Of a stretch of DNA of 64,000 bases, positions 30,810 to 40,560 are shown one piece after another; the stretch's first letter is position 1, and each line of letters starts with the position of its first letter. The stretch spans positions 16,543-80,542 of the forward strand of contig JBKEDE010000042.1 of assembly GCA_047975265.1 (NCBI GenBank), read 5' to 3'. The notes beneath the pieces were generated by a model. It saw nothing but the letters and a program-made list of their open reading frames with translations. It searched no databases and was not told the origin of the DNA. The position numbers were made by a program, and so were the translations under genes. The stretch comes from Flavobacteriales bacterium. Its GTDB lineage: Bacteria; Bacteroidota; Bacteroidia; Flavobacteriales; UJ101.

Positions 30810-30992
30810 TTTTTATAATACTACAAAAAAAATCGGGTTTCATATCTGTCTCATGGAAATATTTGCAAACTTTTGGACATTTAAGACACAAAACCTTGCA
30901 AGAAAAAACAAGGAAATTAATTGTTAATTTATTAAAAACCAAAATATTAAGATATTTTCTTGGTGCGACTATTTAGTTGTATATAAAATATA

Positions 30993-33812
30993 TTATCCTA
31001 CGATATTAATAATCTTGTTTGGAATAATAATGATTTTTTTTGGTTTTCGTCCATCCAAATATTTTAAAGTGCGTTCATCGGTTATGATTATTCTTTCTAT
31101 TTCTTCTTTAAGCATATCCAACGGAAGATTTATTTTAAAACGCATTTTACCGTTAAATGAAACCGGATATTCTTTTGAGCTTTCAATCAGCCATTTTTCT
31201 TCAAAAACAGGAAAATTAGAAAAACTAACGCTTTCTTGATGACCTAGTTTCAACCATAATTCTTCAGTGATGTGAGGTGCATAAGGTGAAAGTAGAATAA
31301 CCAATGGTTCTAAGATATTGCGTTTGTTACACTTTAATTTTAGTAAATCATTTGTTGCAATCATAAAAGTACTGACTGAAGTATTGAATGAAAAATTTTG
31401 AATATCTTCATCTACTTTTTTAAGAGCTGTGTGCAAAATCTTCATCTCTTCTTTTGTAGGTTTTTCTTCTGAAACAGAAAAATGACCATCAGCATGGTGG
31501 AATAGTTTCCAAAATTTCTTTAAAAACCCAAACACACCACTTAATCCATTGGTATTCCAAGGTTTTGCTTGATCAATAGGACCTAAAAACATTTCGTACA
31601 AACGCAAGCTGTCTGCTCCGAATTCTTTGCAAATATCATCCGGATTTATAACGTTATACCAGCGTTTTGACATTTTTTCAACTTCACGTCCTACAATGTA
31701 TTTTCCATCCTCAAGAATAAATTCAGCCTCTTTAAATTCAGTAATCCAATTTCTTAATTTATCTAAATCGATTTCATCAGAAGAGTTAACAAAATTTACA
31801 TCAACTCTAATCTCTTCAGTCTCATATTCAGACTTTAAACCTTTTGAAACATATTTTTTAGTACCCGATATTCTATAAACGATAGCACTCGTTCCCAAAA
31901 TCATTCCTTGATTAATCAGTTTTTTAAAAGGTTCGTCTGTAGGTGCAAAACCTCTATCAAACAAAAATTTATTCCAAAACCGCGAATACAATAAATGTCC
32001 GGTAGCATGCTCACTGCCACCAATGTATAAATCTACATTTTGCCAATAGTCTAAAGCCGACTTACTTGCAAATTCTTCTGAATTATCAGCATCCATATAA
32101 CGCATCCAATACCATGATGAACCCGCCCAGCCCGGCATGGTGTTCAGTTCTAAAGGGAAAACCGTTTGATGATTTATTTTATCATTGGAGACCACTTGAT
32201 TCGAAACAGTATCCCAAGCCCAAGTAGGAGCATTTCCTAAAGGCGGTTGTCCATCTTCCGTAGGTAAATATTTTTCAACTTCCGGTAAGATAATGGGAAG
32301 ATATTTATTATCAATCATTTGAGGCATTCCGTCTTTATAATAAACAGGGAATGGTTCTCCCCAATAACGTTGCCTGCTAAAAACAGCATCACGTAAACGG
32401 TAATTGGTTTTTCCTTGTCCAAAACCGTGTTTTTCTAATTCATAAATAATGGTTTTTGTAGCTTTTTTAATAGTTAAACCATTTAAAAAATCTGAATTTA
32501 TTAATGTAACACGACCTTCCTTTGCTGTATAAGCTTCTTTTGAGATATCGGTGTCAGCAAAAATATTTTTTATGGGAATATCGAAATGTTTAGCAAAAGC
32601 ATAATCACGCTCATCACCGCAAGGTACTGCCATAACTGCTCCGGTTCCATAACCAACTAATACATAATCTCCAATCCAAATGGGAATTTTTTCGTTGGTA
32701 AACGGATGACAGACATAAGCCCCTGTAAATTGCCCGGAAATAGTTTTGATATCAGCCATACGGTCACGTTCCGAACGTTTGGCAGTTTCTTTTATATAAT
32801 TTTCAACTGCTTCTTTATATTCCTCTGTTGTAATATGTTGTACAAGTTCGTGCTCAGGAGCTAATGTCATAAAAGTTATGCCAAAAAGGGTATCAGGACG
32901 TGTAGTAAAAACTGAGATTTTAGAGGTGGAATTTATAATTTCAAATGCTATGACAGCTCCTTGAGATTTTCCTATCCAGTTACGTTGTGATTCTTTTAAA
33001 GCATCTGTCCAATCGATTGTTTCTAAGCCTTGTAATAAACGTTCGGCATAAGCAGATATCCGCATAGACCATTGTGTCATTTTCTTACGAATGACAGGAT
33101 AACTTCCACGTTCGGAAACTCCGTTTATAATTTCATCATTTGCCAGAACAGTACCCAAGGCAGGACACCAATTTACTTCAGTATCTGCCAGATACGTCAA
33201 ACGGTATTGTAGTAAAATTTGTTGTTGTTGTTGTTGAGAGAACATTTTCCATTCATCAGCTGAAAAAGAAATAGCATTTTCATCACACGCAGCATTTACC
33301 GTTGTATTTCCTTCCTTTTCAAAATGTTTGATAAGGGTTTCTATTTCCTCAGCTTTATGCGTATCGTTGTTATACCAGGCGTTGAACAATTGGATAAAGA
33401 TCCATTGAGTCCATTTATAATACGAAGGGTCAGAAGTTCGAACTTCACGAGACCAATCAAATGAAAAACCAATTTTATCCAACTGATTGCGGTAAGTATT
33501 GATGTTGGTTTCTGTTGTTATTGCAGGATGTTGTCCTGTTTGAATGGCATATTGTTCTGCAGGAAGACCAAAGGAATCATATCCGGCAGGATGTAAGACA
33601 TTAAATCCTTTTAAATGTTTGTAACGAGCATAAATATCTGAAGCGATATAACCTAACGGATGTCCCACATGTAATCCTGCTCCTGAAGGATACGGAAACA
33701 TATCCAAAACATAAAATTTGGGTTTGTTTGAATGATTTATTGCTTTAAAAGTTTGTTTATCAGCCCAATACTTTTGCCACCGTTTTTCGATTTCTCTGAA
33801 ATTGTATTCCAT
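30993..33812 (-). CDS. leuS: Leucine--tRNA ligase
   Basis: Class I motifs HVGHP (HIGH) and KMSKR (KMSKS). 939 aa. Confidence 0.97.
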   Translation of the reverse strand: MEYNFREIEKRWQKYWADKQTFKAINHSNKPKFYVLDMFPYPSGAGLHVGHPLGYIASDIYARYKHLKGFNVLHPAGYDSFGLPAEQYAIQTGQHPAITTETNINTYRNQLDKIGFSFDWSREVRTSDPSYYKWTQWIFIQLFNAWYNNDTHKAEEIETLIKHFEKEGNTTVNAACDENAISFSADEWKMFSQQQQQQILLQYRLTYLADTEVNWCPALGTVLANDEIINGVSERGSYPVIRKKMTQWSMRISAYAERLLQGLETIDWTDALKESQRNWIGKSQGAVIAFEIINSTSKISVFTTRPDTLFGITFMTLAPEHELVQHITTEEYKEAVENYIKETAKRSERDRMADIKTISGQFTGAYVCHPFTNEKIPIWIGDYVLVGYGTGAVMAVPCGDERDYAFAKHFDIPIKNIFADTDISKEAYTAKEGRVTLINSDFLNGLTIKKATKTIIYELEKHGFGQGKTNYRLRDAVFSRQRYWGEPFPVYYKDGMPQMIDNKYLPIILPEVEKYLPTEDGQPPLGNAPTWAWDTVSNQVVSNDKINHQTVFPLELNTMPGWAGSSWYWMRYMDADNSEEFASKSALDYWQNVDLYIGGSEHATGHLLYSRFWNKFLFDRGFAPTDEPFKKLINQGMILGTSAIVYRISGTKKYVSKGLKSEYETEEIRVDVNFVNSSDEIDLDKLRNWITEFKEAEFILEDGKYIVGREVEKMSKRWYNVINPDDICKEFGADSLRLYEMFLGPIDQAKPWNTNGLSGVFGFLKKFWKLFHHADGHFSVSEEKPTKEEMKILHTALKKVDEDIQNFSFNTSVSTFMIATNDLLKLKCNKRNILEPLVILLSPYAPHITEELWLKLGHQESVSFSNFPVFEEKWLIESSKEYPVSFNGKMRFKINLPLDMLKEEIERIIITDERTLKYLDGRKPKKIIIIPNKIINIVG

Positions 33813-33952
33813 GTTCTACTGTCTAAATATATAAACCGTTGATCGTTAAATGCCCTAACAATTCAGGACTATATGTAGTGTAGGATTTCGAAGCCGAAAA
33901 CTTTCACCTTTGCACTGCTGTAAGTCCAAACGGTTTTTCAACTGCTAACTTA

Positions 33953-33979
33953 CGAAAAAAAACGGTTTTTAACCGTTTT
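33953..33979 (-). terminator. Rho-independent terminator on the minus strand, ~180 nt after the peptidase stop
   Basis: Stem AAAACGGTT / AACCGTTTT with a 3-nt loop, followed on the minus strand by T8. Confidence 0.6.
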
Positions 33980-34160
33980 GGAGACGAGAGGAAAGGACAA
34001 ATGTTCAACTTTGTACTTAACCCGCTATTTTGCCAATACATTGTTGGCTGTAGGCGTTTTGTTTTTCGGAGTTTTTCGATTTCTGTTAATTGAATAGTAT
34101 TATGCTAATTCTTCATCACAATAAGTGAAAGCAATACATTTATTTTCATTATCTTCTTTC

Positions 34161-36371
34161 TCAAAAAGTTACTTTCATTTTCATTTCTTTACCGTTGCGT
34201 TTCACAGTAACTTCGTGGGTTTCTCCGGAATTGATCTTCGATAGACATTCCATATAAGAATAGACTTCTTTCACTTCGCATTTCCCAATTTTGGTAAGAA
34301 CGTCTCCGGTTTCTATTCCCGCATTGGCTGCAGGTCGGTTTTCCGAAACACCGTCAATGTGCAATCCGTCCGTTGTATCGGCATAACTTGGCATAATTCC
34401 CAAAGTAACTTTGTATTTTGGAACGGCTTTCGATGGTGAAATTTTTGTTTTCGTAAATGGAATTTCTTTTTCTTCCGCCAATTTTTTAGTTAAACCAAAA
34501 ACGTAATTCGTGATGAGTTTCATCCCGTCAAAATTAATTTTTTCCGTATCATCACTTGGTTTGTGATAATCTTCGTGCGTTCCTGTGAAGAAAAATAACA
34601 CCGGAATATCTTGTAAATAAAAACTGGTGTGGTCAGAAGGTCCAACGCCCGAATCATCCAAAGCGAGATTGAATCCTGCCGGTTTGTATTTTTCCACCAA
34701 ATCTTTTAAAATAGGGGAAGTACCGATTCCTCCGATATTCAATACTTTATCTTTATTCAAACGACCAACCATGTCCATATTCAACATAAAAATCGGTTTT
34801 GGATATTTTGTTTTTACCGTTTTTGAAAATTCTTTAGAACCCATCAAACCATCTTCTTCACCGGAAAATAAAACAAAAACATAATTGGCTTTTTCTTGGG
34901 TTTTGTTTTTGGTAAACATTCTAGCCAATTCCAAAACAGCAGAAGTCCCCGAAGCATTATCATCCGCTCCATTGTGAATTTGTCCATCAGAATTCATGAG
35001 CGTTGAGTTGTGATGCTCGTTTAGTCCGAGATGATCGTAATGTGCCCCGATAACAATGGTTTTATCCACTTTATTGTCTAAATAACCCATTACATTGTGT
35101 CCCTTCATTTTTACGGATGAATGGTCATTGTGAGGATTAAGTTTAACAGAATATTCAAAAGGAAGAACTTCTGTTTTTAACCCTAGTTTTTTTAATGATT
35201 TTTCTAAGTATTTTGCTGCTTTTTTCTCACCTTCACTTCCGGTTAATCGTCCTTGTAACTCATCAGAAGCGAGATAGGAAACATATGTTTTTATATGATT
35301 TTTGTTTACCAATTCAGCTGGATCGCTTTCAACCCAATCGGCGATGAAGACATTAGTTTCATGCTTTTTTCCAGCTTGTCGATTACTGCTGAAAACCAAT
35401 TTTTTCCCATTAGGAGAAAACATCGGAAAGGCATTAAACTCACTTTCATACGTAATTTGTTTAAGATTTTTTCCGTCAATATCAATCATATATAATTGAA
35501 AATCATAGCCTCTTGTGGAATGATGATTGCTAGAAAAAATAATTTTCTTATCGGAAGGATGAAAATACGGCGACCAATTGGCTTTTCCAAGATGCGTGAT
35601 TTGTTTTAAATTACTTCCGTCAATATTCATCGTATAGAGTTCCATTTGCGTTGGAGCTACGAGATTTTGAGCGAGTAAACTTTTATACTCCTTAATATCC
35701 TCGGCTGTTTTTGGTCTCGAAGAACGAAAAACCAATTTTTTGGAATCGTGAGAGAAAAATGCTCCGCCGTCATAACCCAGACCAAAAGTGAGTTGTTCCA
35801 AATTTTTTCCGTCGATGTCCATTCGCCAAAGTTCCAAATCACCACTCCGCATAGAAGTAAAAACAATGTATTTTCCGTTGGGAGAAACTACCGCTTCGGC
35901 ATCGTAACCTTTTTCATTAGTGAGTTTTTGGGTGATCTTACCATTCAAATCAGCAATGTAAATATCGAAATCGGTATAAATTGGCCAAACGTATTTTCCG
36001 TCTTTTCTCGGTTTTGGTTTTGGCGGACACGCTTTGTTTCCTTCGTGTGTGGAAGCGTAGAGAATATGTTTGCCATCGGGCATAAAGAAAGAGCAAGTTG
36101 TTCTTCCGTTTCCGGTGGAAATCAGTTGTAAATCTTTGGTAGAAAATTGATTTTTATTCAAATCAAGAAGATAGATTTGGTCGCATTCTGCTCCAATTTC
36201 AGAATTGGTAACTTGTAATGTTAAGGCATTTCCTTTTGGAGAAAAATAGGCTTCGGCATTATCACCGCCAAAGGTGAGTTTTTTCAAGTTTTTAATATTG
36301 GATTCTTGGGAAAAAATGGTGATGGAAAAACTTAAACTGATTATACTTAAAAATAGATTAATTTTATTCAT
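34161..36371 (-). CDS. Fusion protein: TolB-like beta-propeller repeats + M28 aminopeptidase + PDZ domain (start taken at MNKINLF)
   Basis: Signal peptide and repeated WD40-like/TolB blades (SP.GK.I.F.S.R). M28 metal-ligand blocks (NGADDNASG, FSGEE.GL.GS). C-terminal PDZ-like GDVLTKIG. Confidence 0.85.
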   Translation of the reverse strand: MNKINLFLSIISLSFSITIFSQESNIKNLKKLTFGGDNAEAYFSPKGNALTLQVTNSEIGAECDQIYLLDLNKNQFSTKDLQLISTGNGRTTCSFFMPDGKHILYASTHEGNKACPPKPKPRKDGKYVWPIYTDFDIYIADLNGKITQKLTNEKGYDAEAVVSPNGKYIVFTSMRSGDLELWRMDIDGKNLEQLTFGLGYDGGAFFSHDSKKLVFRSSRPKTAEDIKEYKSLLAQNLVAPTQMELYTMNIDGSNLKQITHLGKANWSPYFHPSDKKIIFSSNHHSTRGYDFQLYMIDIDGKNLKQITYESEFNAFPMFSPNGKKLVFSSNRQAGKKHETNVFIADWVESDPAELVNKNHIKTYVSYLASDELQGRLTGSEGEKKAAKYLEKSLKKLGLKTEVLPFEYSVKLNPHNDHSSVKMKGHNVMGYLDNKVDKTIVIGAHYDHLGLNEHHNSTLMNSDGQIHNGADDNASGTSAVLELARMFTKNKTQEKANYVFVLFSGEEDGLMGSKEFSKTVKTKYPKPIFMLNMDMVGRLNKDKVLNIGGIGTSPILKDLVEKYKPAGFNLALDDSGVGPSDHTSFYLQDIPVLFFFTGTHEDYHKPSDDTEKINFDGMKLITNYVFGLTKKLAEEKEIPFTKTKISPSKAVPKYKVTLGIMPSYADTTDGLHIDGVSENRPAANAGIETGDVLTKIGKCEVKEVYSYMECLSKINSGETHEVTVKRNGKEMKMKVTF

Positions 36372-36448
36372 TTTTAATAAAAATTGGTTCTTGATACACA
36401 AAGATAGCGATTTTAAAAAGGTTATTTAAATAAAAGTTTTACTAAAAA

Positions 36449-36472
36449 AGACCATTCAAAATGAATGGTCTT
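36449..36472 (-). terminator. Rho-independent terminator of pruA
   Basis: Stem AAGACCATTC / GAATGGTCTT, followed on the minus strand by a T-run. Confidence 0.7.
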
Positions 36473-36496
36473 CCCTTTAATTTAACAGGTTAGAAA

Positions 36497-38230
36497 TCAC
36501 CAATTTTTGGTAAAATCTTTTCCTATGTCTTTTAATTTATTTACGACATTTTTGACTTCTGCTTCTACCGTTTGAACCGTTTTTTCAACAGTTTCAACAG
36601 CACTATCTTCCAAAAAAGGATAACGATAATCTGTTGGTGAAATAAACGTTTCTTTAATAGTGCGAGGAGATACCCAACGCAATAAATTTTGAGCCGAACC
36701 GGCTTTATCATTTGTTCCGGAAGCACGTGCTCCTCCAAAAGGTTGTTGTCCTACAACGGCTCCGGTTGGTTTGTCGTTGATATAAAAATTACCTGCCGCA
36801 TTTACTAAAGCTTTTGTAGCATAATCCGCAGCATATCGGTCTTGAGAAAAAATAGCACCGGTTAAAGCATAAACAGATGTTTTATCAATTAAATCCAATG
36901 TTTCTTTCCAATTTTTATCTTCGTAAACATAAATGGTAATAACCGGTCCGAAAATTTCATTTACCATAGACTCATATTGAGAATTTGTAGTTTCAATAAC
37001 CGTTGGGTGGATAAAATACCCAATAGAATCATCACAAGTTCCTCCGATAATAACATTGGCATCAGTACTTTCTTTAGCACGATCTATAAAACCTTTGATT
37101 TTGTCAAATGATTCTTGACTGATGACGGCGTTGATAAAGTTTCTAAAATCTTGCGTAGTACCGACTTTAAAAGATTCTATATCTGTTTTTACAAAATCAC
37201 GTACTTCTTTCCAGATACTTTTCGGGATATAGGCACGTGAAGCTGCCGAGCATTTTTGCCCTTGATATTCAAAAGCTCCACGGGAAATGGCGGTGGCTAC
37301 TTGTTTTGGATTTGAAGAAGGATGAGCAAAAATAAAATCTTTCCCACCGGTTTCTCCTACAATACGAGGGTAGGTTTTATAAATGTCGATATTATTTCCA
37401 ATTTGTGTCCAGAATTTTTTAAAAACATGGGTAGATCCCGTAAAATGAATCCCTGCAAAATCAGGATGTTCAAAACATATTTTGGTAGTTTCAACAGGAT
37501 CTGTTAAAATCATGTTAATCACACCGTTAGGTAATCCGGCTTCTTTAAATACTTCCATAATAACCTGAGCAGAGTAAACTTGCTTGTCAGAAGGTTTCCA
37601 AACGACAACGTTTCCCATCATAGCCATGCATGAAGGCAAATTCCCTGCAATAGCAGTAAAATTAAACGGTGTTACAGCGTATAAAAATCCTTCTAACGGA
37701 CGATATTCAACACGATTCCATATCCCCGAGGAAGAAATGGGTTGTTCGCTATAAATTTCTGTCATGTATTGTACATTAAACCGTAAGAAATCAACAAATT
37801 CACAAGCCGAATCAATTTCTGCTTGGAAAGCATTCTTACTTTGTCCAATCATGGTAGCAGCATTTATTTTTGTACGATACTGCCCGGCAATTAATTCTGC
37901 CGCTTTTAAAAAAATAGATGCACGATGTTCCCATGTCAGATTTGACCATTTTTTGCGAGCTTCTAAGGCAGTTTCAATAGCTTTTTTTACATCATCTGAA
38001 TTTCCTTCATGATAAAAACCAACGGTGTGTTGGTGGTCATGAGGCGGATGAATGGAAATTTTATTTCCACTACGCACTTCATCTGCACCAATATATTGCG
38101 GAATATCCACAACATTGTTATACATTTCTTTGTATTTAGCTTGTAGCTCTAATCGTTCAGAATTTCCCGGAGCATAACTATTTATAGGTTCGTTAACGGC
38201 TTCTGGGACGTAGTAAATTCCTTTAGGCAT
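36497..38230 (-). CDS. pruA: L-glutamate gamma-semialdehyde (1-pyrroline-5-carboxylate) dehydrogenase
   Basis: Aldehyde dehydrogenase family (ETGGKD, GQKCSA catalytic Cys). The P5CDH-type C-terminus ...TDYRYPFL is followed by an extra ~35 aa. Confidence 0.88.
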   Translation of the reverse strand: MPKGIYYVPEAVNEPINSYAPGNSERLELQAKYKEMYNNVVDIPQYIGADEVRSGNKISIHPPHDHQHTVGFYHEGNSDDVKKAIETALEARKKWSNLTWEHRASIFLKAAELIAGQYRTKINAATMIGQSKNAFQAEIDSACEFVDFLRFNVQYMTEIYSEQPISSSGIWNRVEYRPLEGFLYAVTPFNFTAIAGNLPSCMAMMGNVVVWKPSDKQVYSAQVIMEVFKEAGLPNGVINMILTDPVETTKICFEHPDFAGIHFTGSTHVFKKFWTQIGNNIDIYKTYPRIVGETGGKDFIFAHPSSNPKQVATAISRGAFEYQGQKCSAASRAYIPKSIWKEVRDFVKTDIESFKVGTTQDFRNFINAVISQESFDKIKGFIDRAKESTDANVIIGGTCDDSIGYFIHPTVIETTNSQYESMVNEIFGPVITIYVYEDKNWKETLDLIDKTSVYALTGAIFSQDRYAADYATKALVNAAGNFYINDKPTGAVVGQQPFGGARASGTNDKAGSAQNLLRWVSPRTIKETFISPTDYRYPFLEDSAVETVEKTVQTVEAEVKNVVNKLKDIGKDFTKNW

Positions 38231-38404
38231 AATGATTCTTCTTTTATTATTTTATAAAACGAGGCTCTAATTTACAATGAAAATTTTAGATAACGAAATG
38301 TATTTTGACGATTCAGGAATTAAAAACGATGGTTCGGCTGTTTTTAATTGGAATGCAGGAAGCAAGAAAAGATATTTGCAGTATAATTTAAAAATCAGTA
38401 AGAC

Positions 38405-38803
38405 ATGAAAACAATTTTTTTAATCATCAGTTTAGGATTAAGTTTTGTAACTTTAAATGCTCAAGAAAAAGTTCAATTGGCATTAAATTTTGAAAATATA
38501 ACAGAGAAAGGAAATCTTATGGTGGCTGTTTTTGATTCGGAAGAAGGATGGGAAAAGCATCAGCCTATTGAAGCAACACAACATCTTACAGAAAAAAAAT
38601 CTGAAACAGTTTATTTTAAGATTCCAAAAGGTATTTACGGGGTAGCTGCATTTATTGATACAAACGGAAATCACTTTTACGATTTTGGCAAAGAAATTTA
38701 TACTTTTTCAAATCAGTATATTCCGAGAGAAAATCCTACTCTTGAAAAATTTGCCATAAAAGTAAATCAAGATGAAGAAATTACTTTAAAAATGACGAAA
38801 TAA
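38405..38803 (+). CDS. DUF2141-family secreted protein
   Basis: Signal peptide and the pattern LMVAVFDSEEGW... typical of DUF2141. Its stop overlaps the kinase start (ATAATG). Confidence 0.65.
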   Translation: MKTIFLIISLGLSFVTLNAQEKVQLALNFENITEKGNLMVAVFDSEEGWEKHQPIEATQHLTEKKSETVYFKIPKGIYGVAAFIDTNGNHFYDFGKEIYTFSNQYIPRENPTLEKFAIKVNQDEEITLKMTK

Positions 38804-39801
38804 TGAATCCGTATATCAAAAATATTTTAGTAGCTCTTTTTATTGCTTTTTTCACATCATTAATTGTTTATTTTATTCATAATCAATATTTTAAAATAAA
38901 TTATGTGCCATACGCTTTTTTTTGGTTGATAATTGCTGCATGCTTTACCATTCCATCGATAATACTTGCAAAAGCATTGGATTTTTACTTTCCGTGGGGT
39001 CAATCTAAAAATAGACTATGGATTACTATTTTTATGAATTTGGTATTGATTACTTTTCTATCGATAATCATTTCCTATTATCAAGTTAAATGGCTTGAAA
39101 ATCCTTCTATAACATGGTCTGAGTATATGGAGGACGGACGTTCGAAAATAGTTTTTTACGGGCTTATGGCGACACTTTTTTCTTTCTTTTTCCATGCCAA
39201 AGGTTTTTACGAAGCTCTGGTAAAAAGCAATGAGCGAGAAATAATGCTTATTGAAGAAAAAAAAGAAACCGAGCTAAAGGCTTTAAAAGCTCAAATGGAT
39301 CCTCATTTTTTATTTAACAATCTAAATGTTTTGTATGCCCTAATTGATGAAAATCCACCAAAGGCACAAGAATTTGTAGCAAAACTCTCAAAAGTATATC
39401 GCTATGTATTGGAAGCCAAAGATAAAAAAACAATTTCTTTGAAAGAAGAAGTAGATTTTGCCAAACAATATTTCGGGTTATTGGAAAAACGTTTTGAAAT
39501 GGCTATTCGGTTAGAAATTAAATTAGAAGATTTAAAGAAAAAAATAGTGCCGCTTACTTTACAGACTGCTTTGGAAAATGCAGTAAAGCACAATGATTTT
39601 ACAGAAGAAAAGCCTTTGATAATTAAAATATTTGAGAAAAAAAATTCTCTTTTTATCGAAAATAACTGTCAAAAAAAAGAAGTGCATTATTGTGGTAAAA
39701 CAGGTTTAAAAAATTTATCAAAATGCTATGAATTATTAGGCAACCTATTGGAAGTGGAACAAACAAACGAAATATTTAGGTTGAAAGTACCTTTACTATG
39801 A
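38803..39801 (+). CDS. Sensor histidine kinase, LytS/YehU type, 4-TM sensor
   Basis: Four N-terminal TM helices, His_kinase motif DPHFLFNNLN, and ATPase block LENAVKHN. Confidence 0.85.
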   Translation: MNPYIKNILVALFIAFFTSLIVYFIHNQYFKINYVPYAFFWLIIAACFTIPSIILAKALDFYFPWGQSKNRLWITIFMNLVLITFLSIIISYYQVKWLENPSITWSEYMEDGRSKIVFYGLMATLFSFFFHAKGFYEALVKSNEREIMLIEEKKETELKALKAQMDPHFLFNNLNVLYALIDENPPKAQEFVAKLSKVYRYVLEAKDKKTISLKEEVDFAKQYFGLLEKRFEMAIRLEIKLEDLKKKIVPLTLQTALENAVKHNDFTEEKPLIIKIFEKKNSLFIENNCQKKEVHYCGKTGLKNLSKCYELLGNLLEVEQTNEIFRLKVPLL

Positions 39802-39817
39802 TGTAATTTGTATTGAG

Positions 39818-40549
39818 ATGAAAACATTAATTATTGAAGATGAAAAACCCGCTGCCCGTCAACTACATAAAATGGCTCAACAGAACGGGTTGAGCGTAGT
39901 AGGAATCGTTCATTCCGTAGTAGAAGGAAAAAAATGGTTTAAAATAAATGAGCAACCGGATTTAATCATTTCGGATATTCAGTTGGGCGATGGATTAAGT
40001 TTTGATATTTATAAAGAATTTGATTTAAAAAGTTTTATTCTTTTTATTACAGCTTTTGATCAATACACGCTAAAAGCCTTTAAATTAAATAGTATTGATT
40101 ATTTATTAAAGCCTGTAACAAAGGAAGATTTTAGAAATGCTATTGAAAAGTTTAAATCATATCAAAAGCCCTTTGGGTTTAACCAATTTGAACGATTATT
40201 CAGACAAAAAGAGGCTTATAAAGAGCGTTTTGTCGTAACGATTGGACAACAACTTAAAATCATCAGTATTGACGATATTGATGGTTTTTCTTCTGAAAAT
40301 AAAACGACGTATCTTCATACTGAAAACAGACGTTATTGGATTGAAGAATCATTGGAAGAACTGGAGAATATTGTAAACCCAACCTCTTTTTTCAGAGTCA
40401 ACAGACAATTCATCATTAAAATCACATCTATTGAAAAAATCACATCCTATACTAATTCTCGATTGAAATTACAAGTAAAATCAATCGAGGAGGAAATGGT
40501 TGTGAGTAGAGAGCGAGTTAAAAATTTTAAAAACTGGATTGGAAAATAA
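39818..40549 (+). CDS. LytTR-family response regulator
   Basis: REC domain (IEDE...SDIQL) and a C-terminal LytTR domain (FFRVNRQFII). Confidence 0.9.
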   Translation: MKTLIIEDEKPAARQLHKMAQQNGLSVVGIVHSVVEGKKWFKINEQPDLIISDIQLGDGLSFDIYKEFDLKSFILFITAFDQYTLKAFKLNSIDYLLKPVTKEDFRNAIEKFKSYQKPFGFNQFERLFRQKEAYKERFVVTIGQQLKIISIDDIDGFSSENKTTYLHTENRRYWIEESLEELENIVNPTSFFRVNRQFIIKITSIEKITSYTNSRLKLQVKSIEEEMVVSRERVKNFKNWIGK

Positions 40550-40560
40550 AACAGGTAAAA

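Noticed and set aside
33975-34000. GAGAGGAAAGGA looked superficially like the RNase P RNA CR-I core (GAGGAAAGTCCGG)
   Set aside because: The match breaks after GGAAAG. None of the other universally conserved RNase P blocks is present, and the region is far too short.
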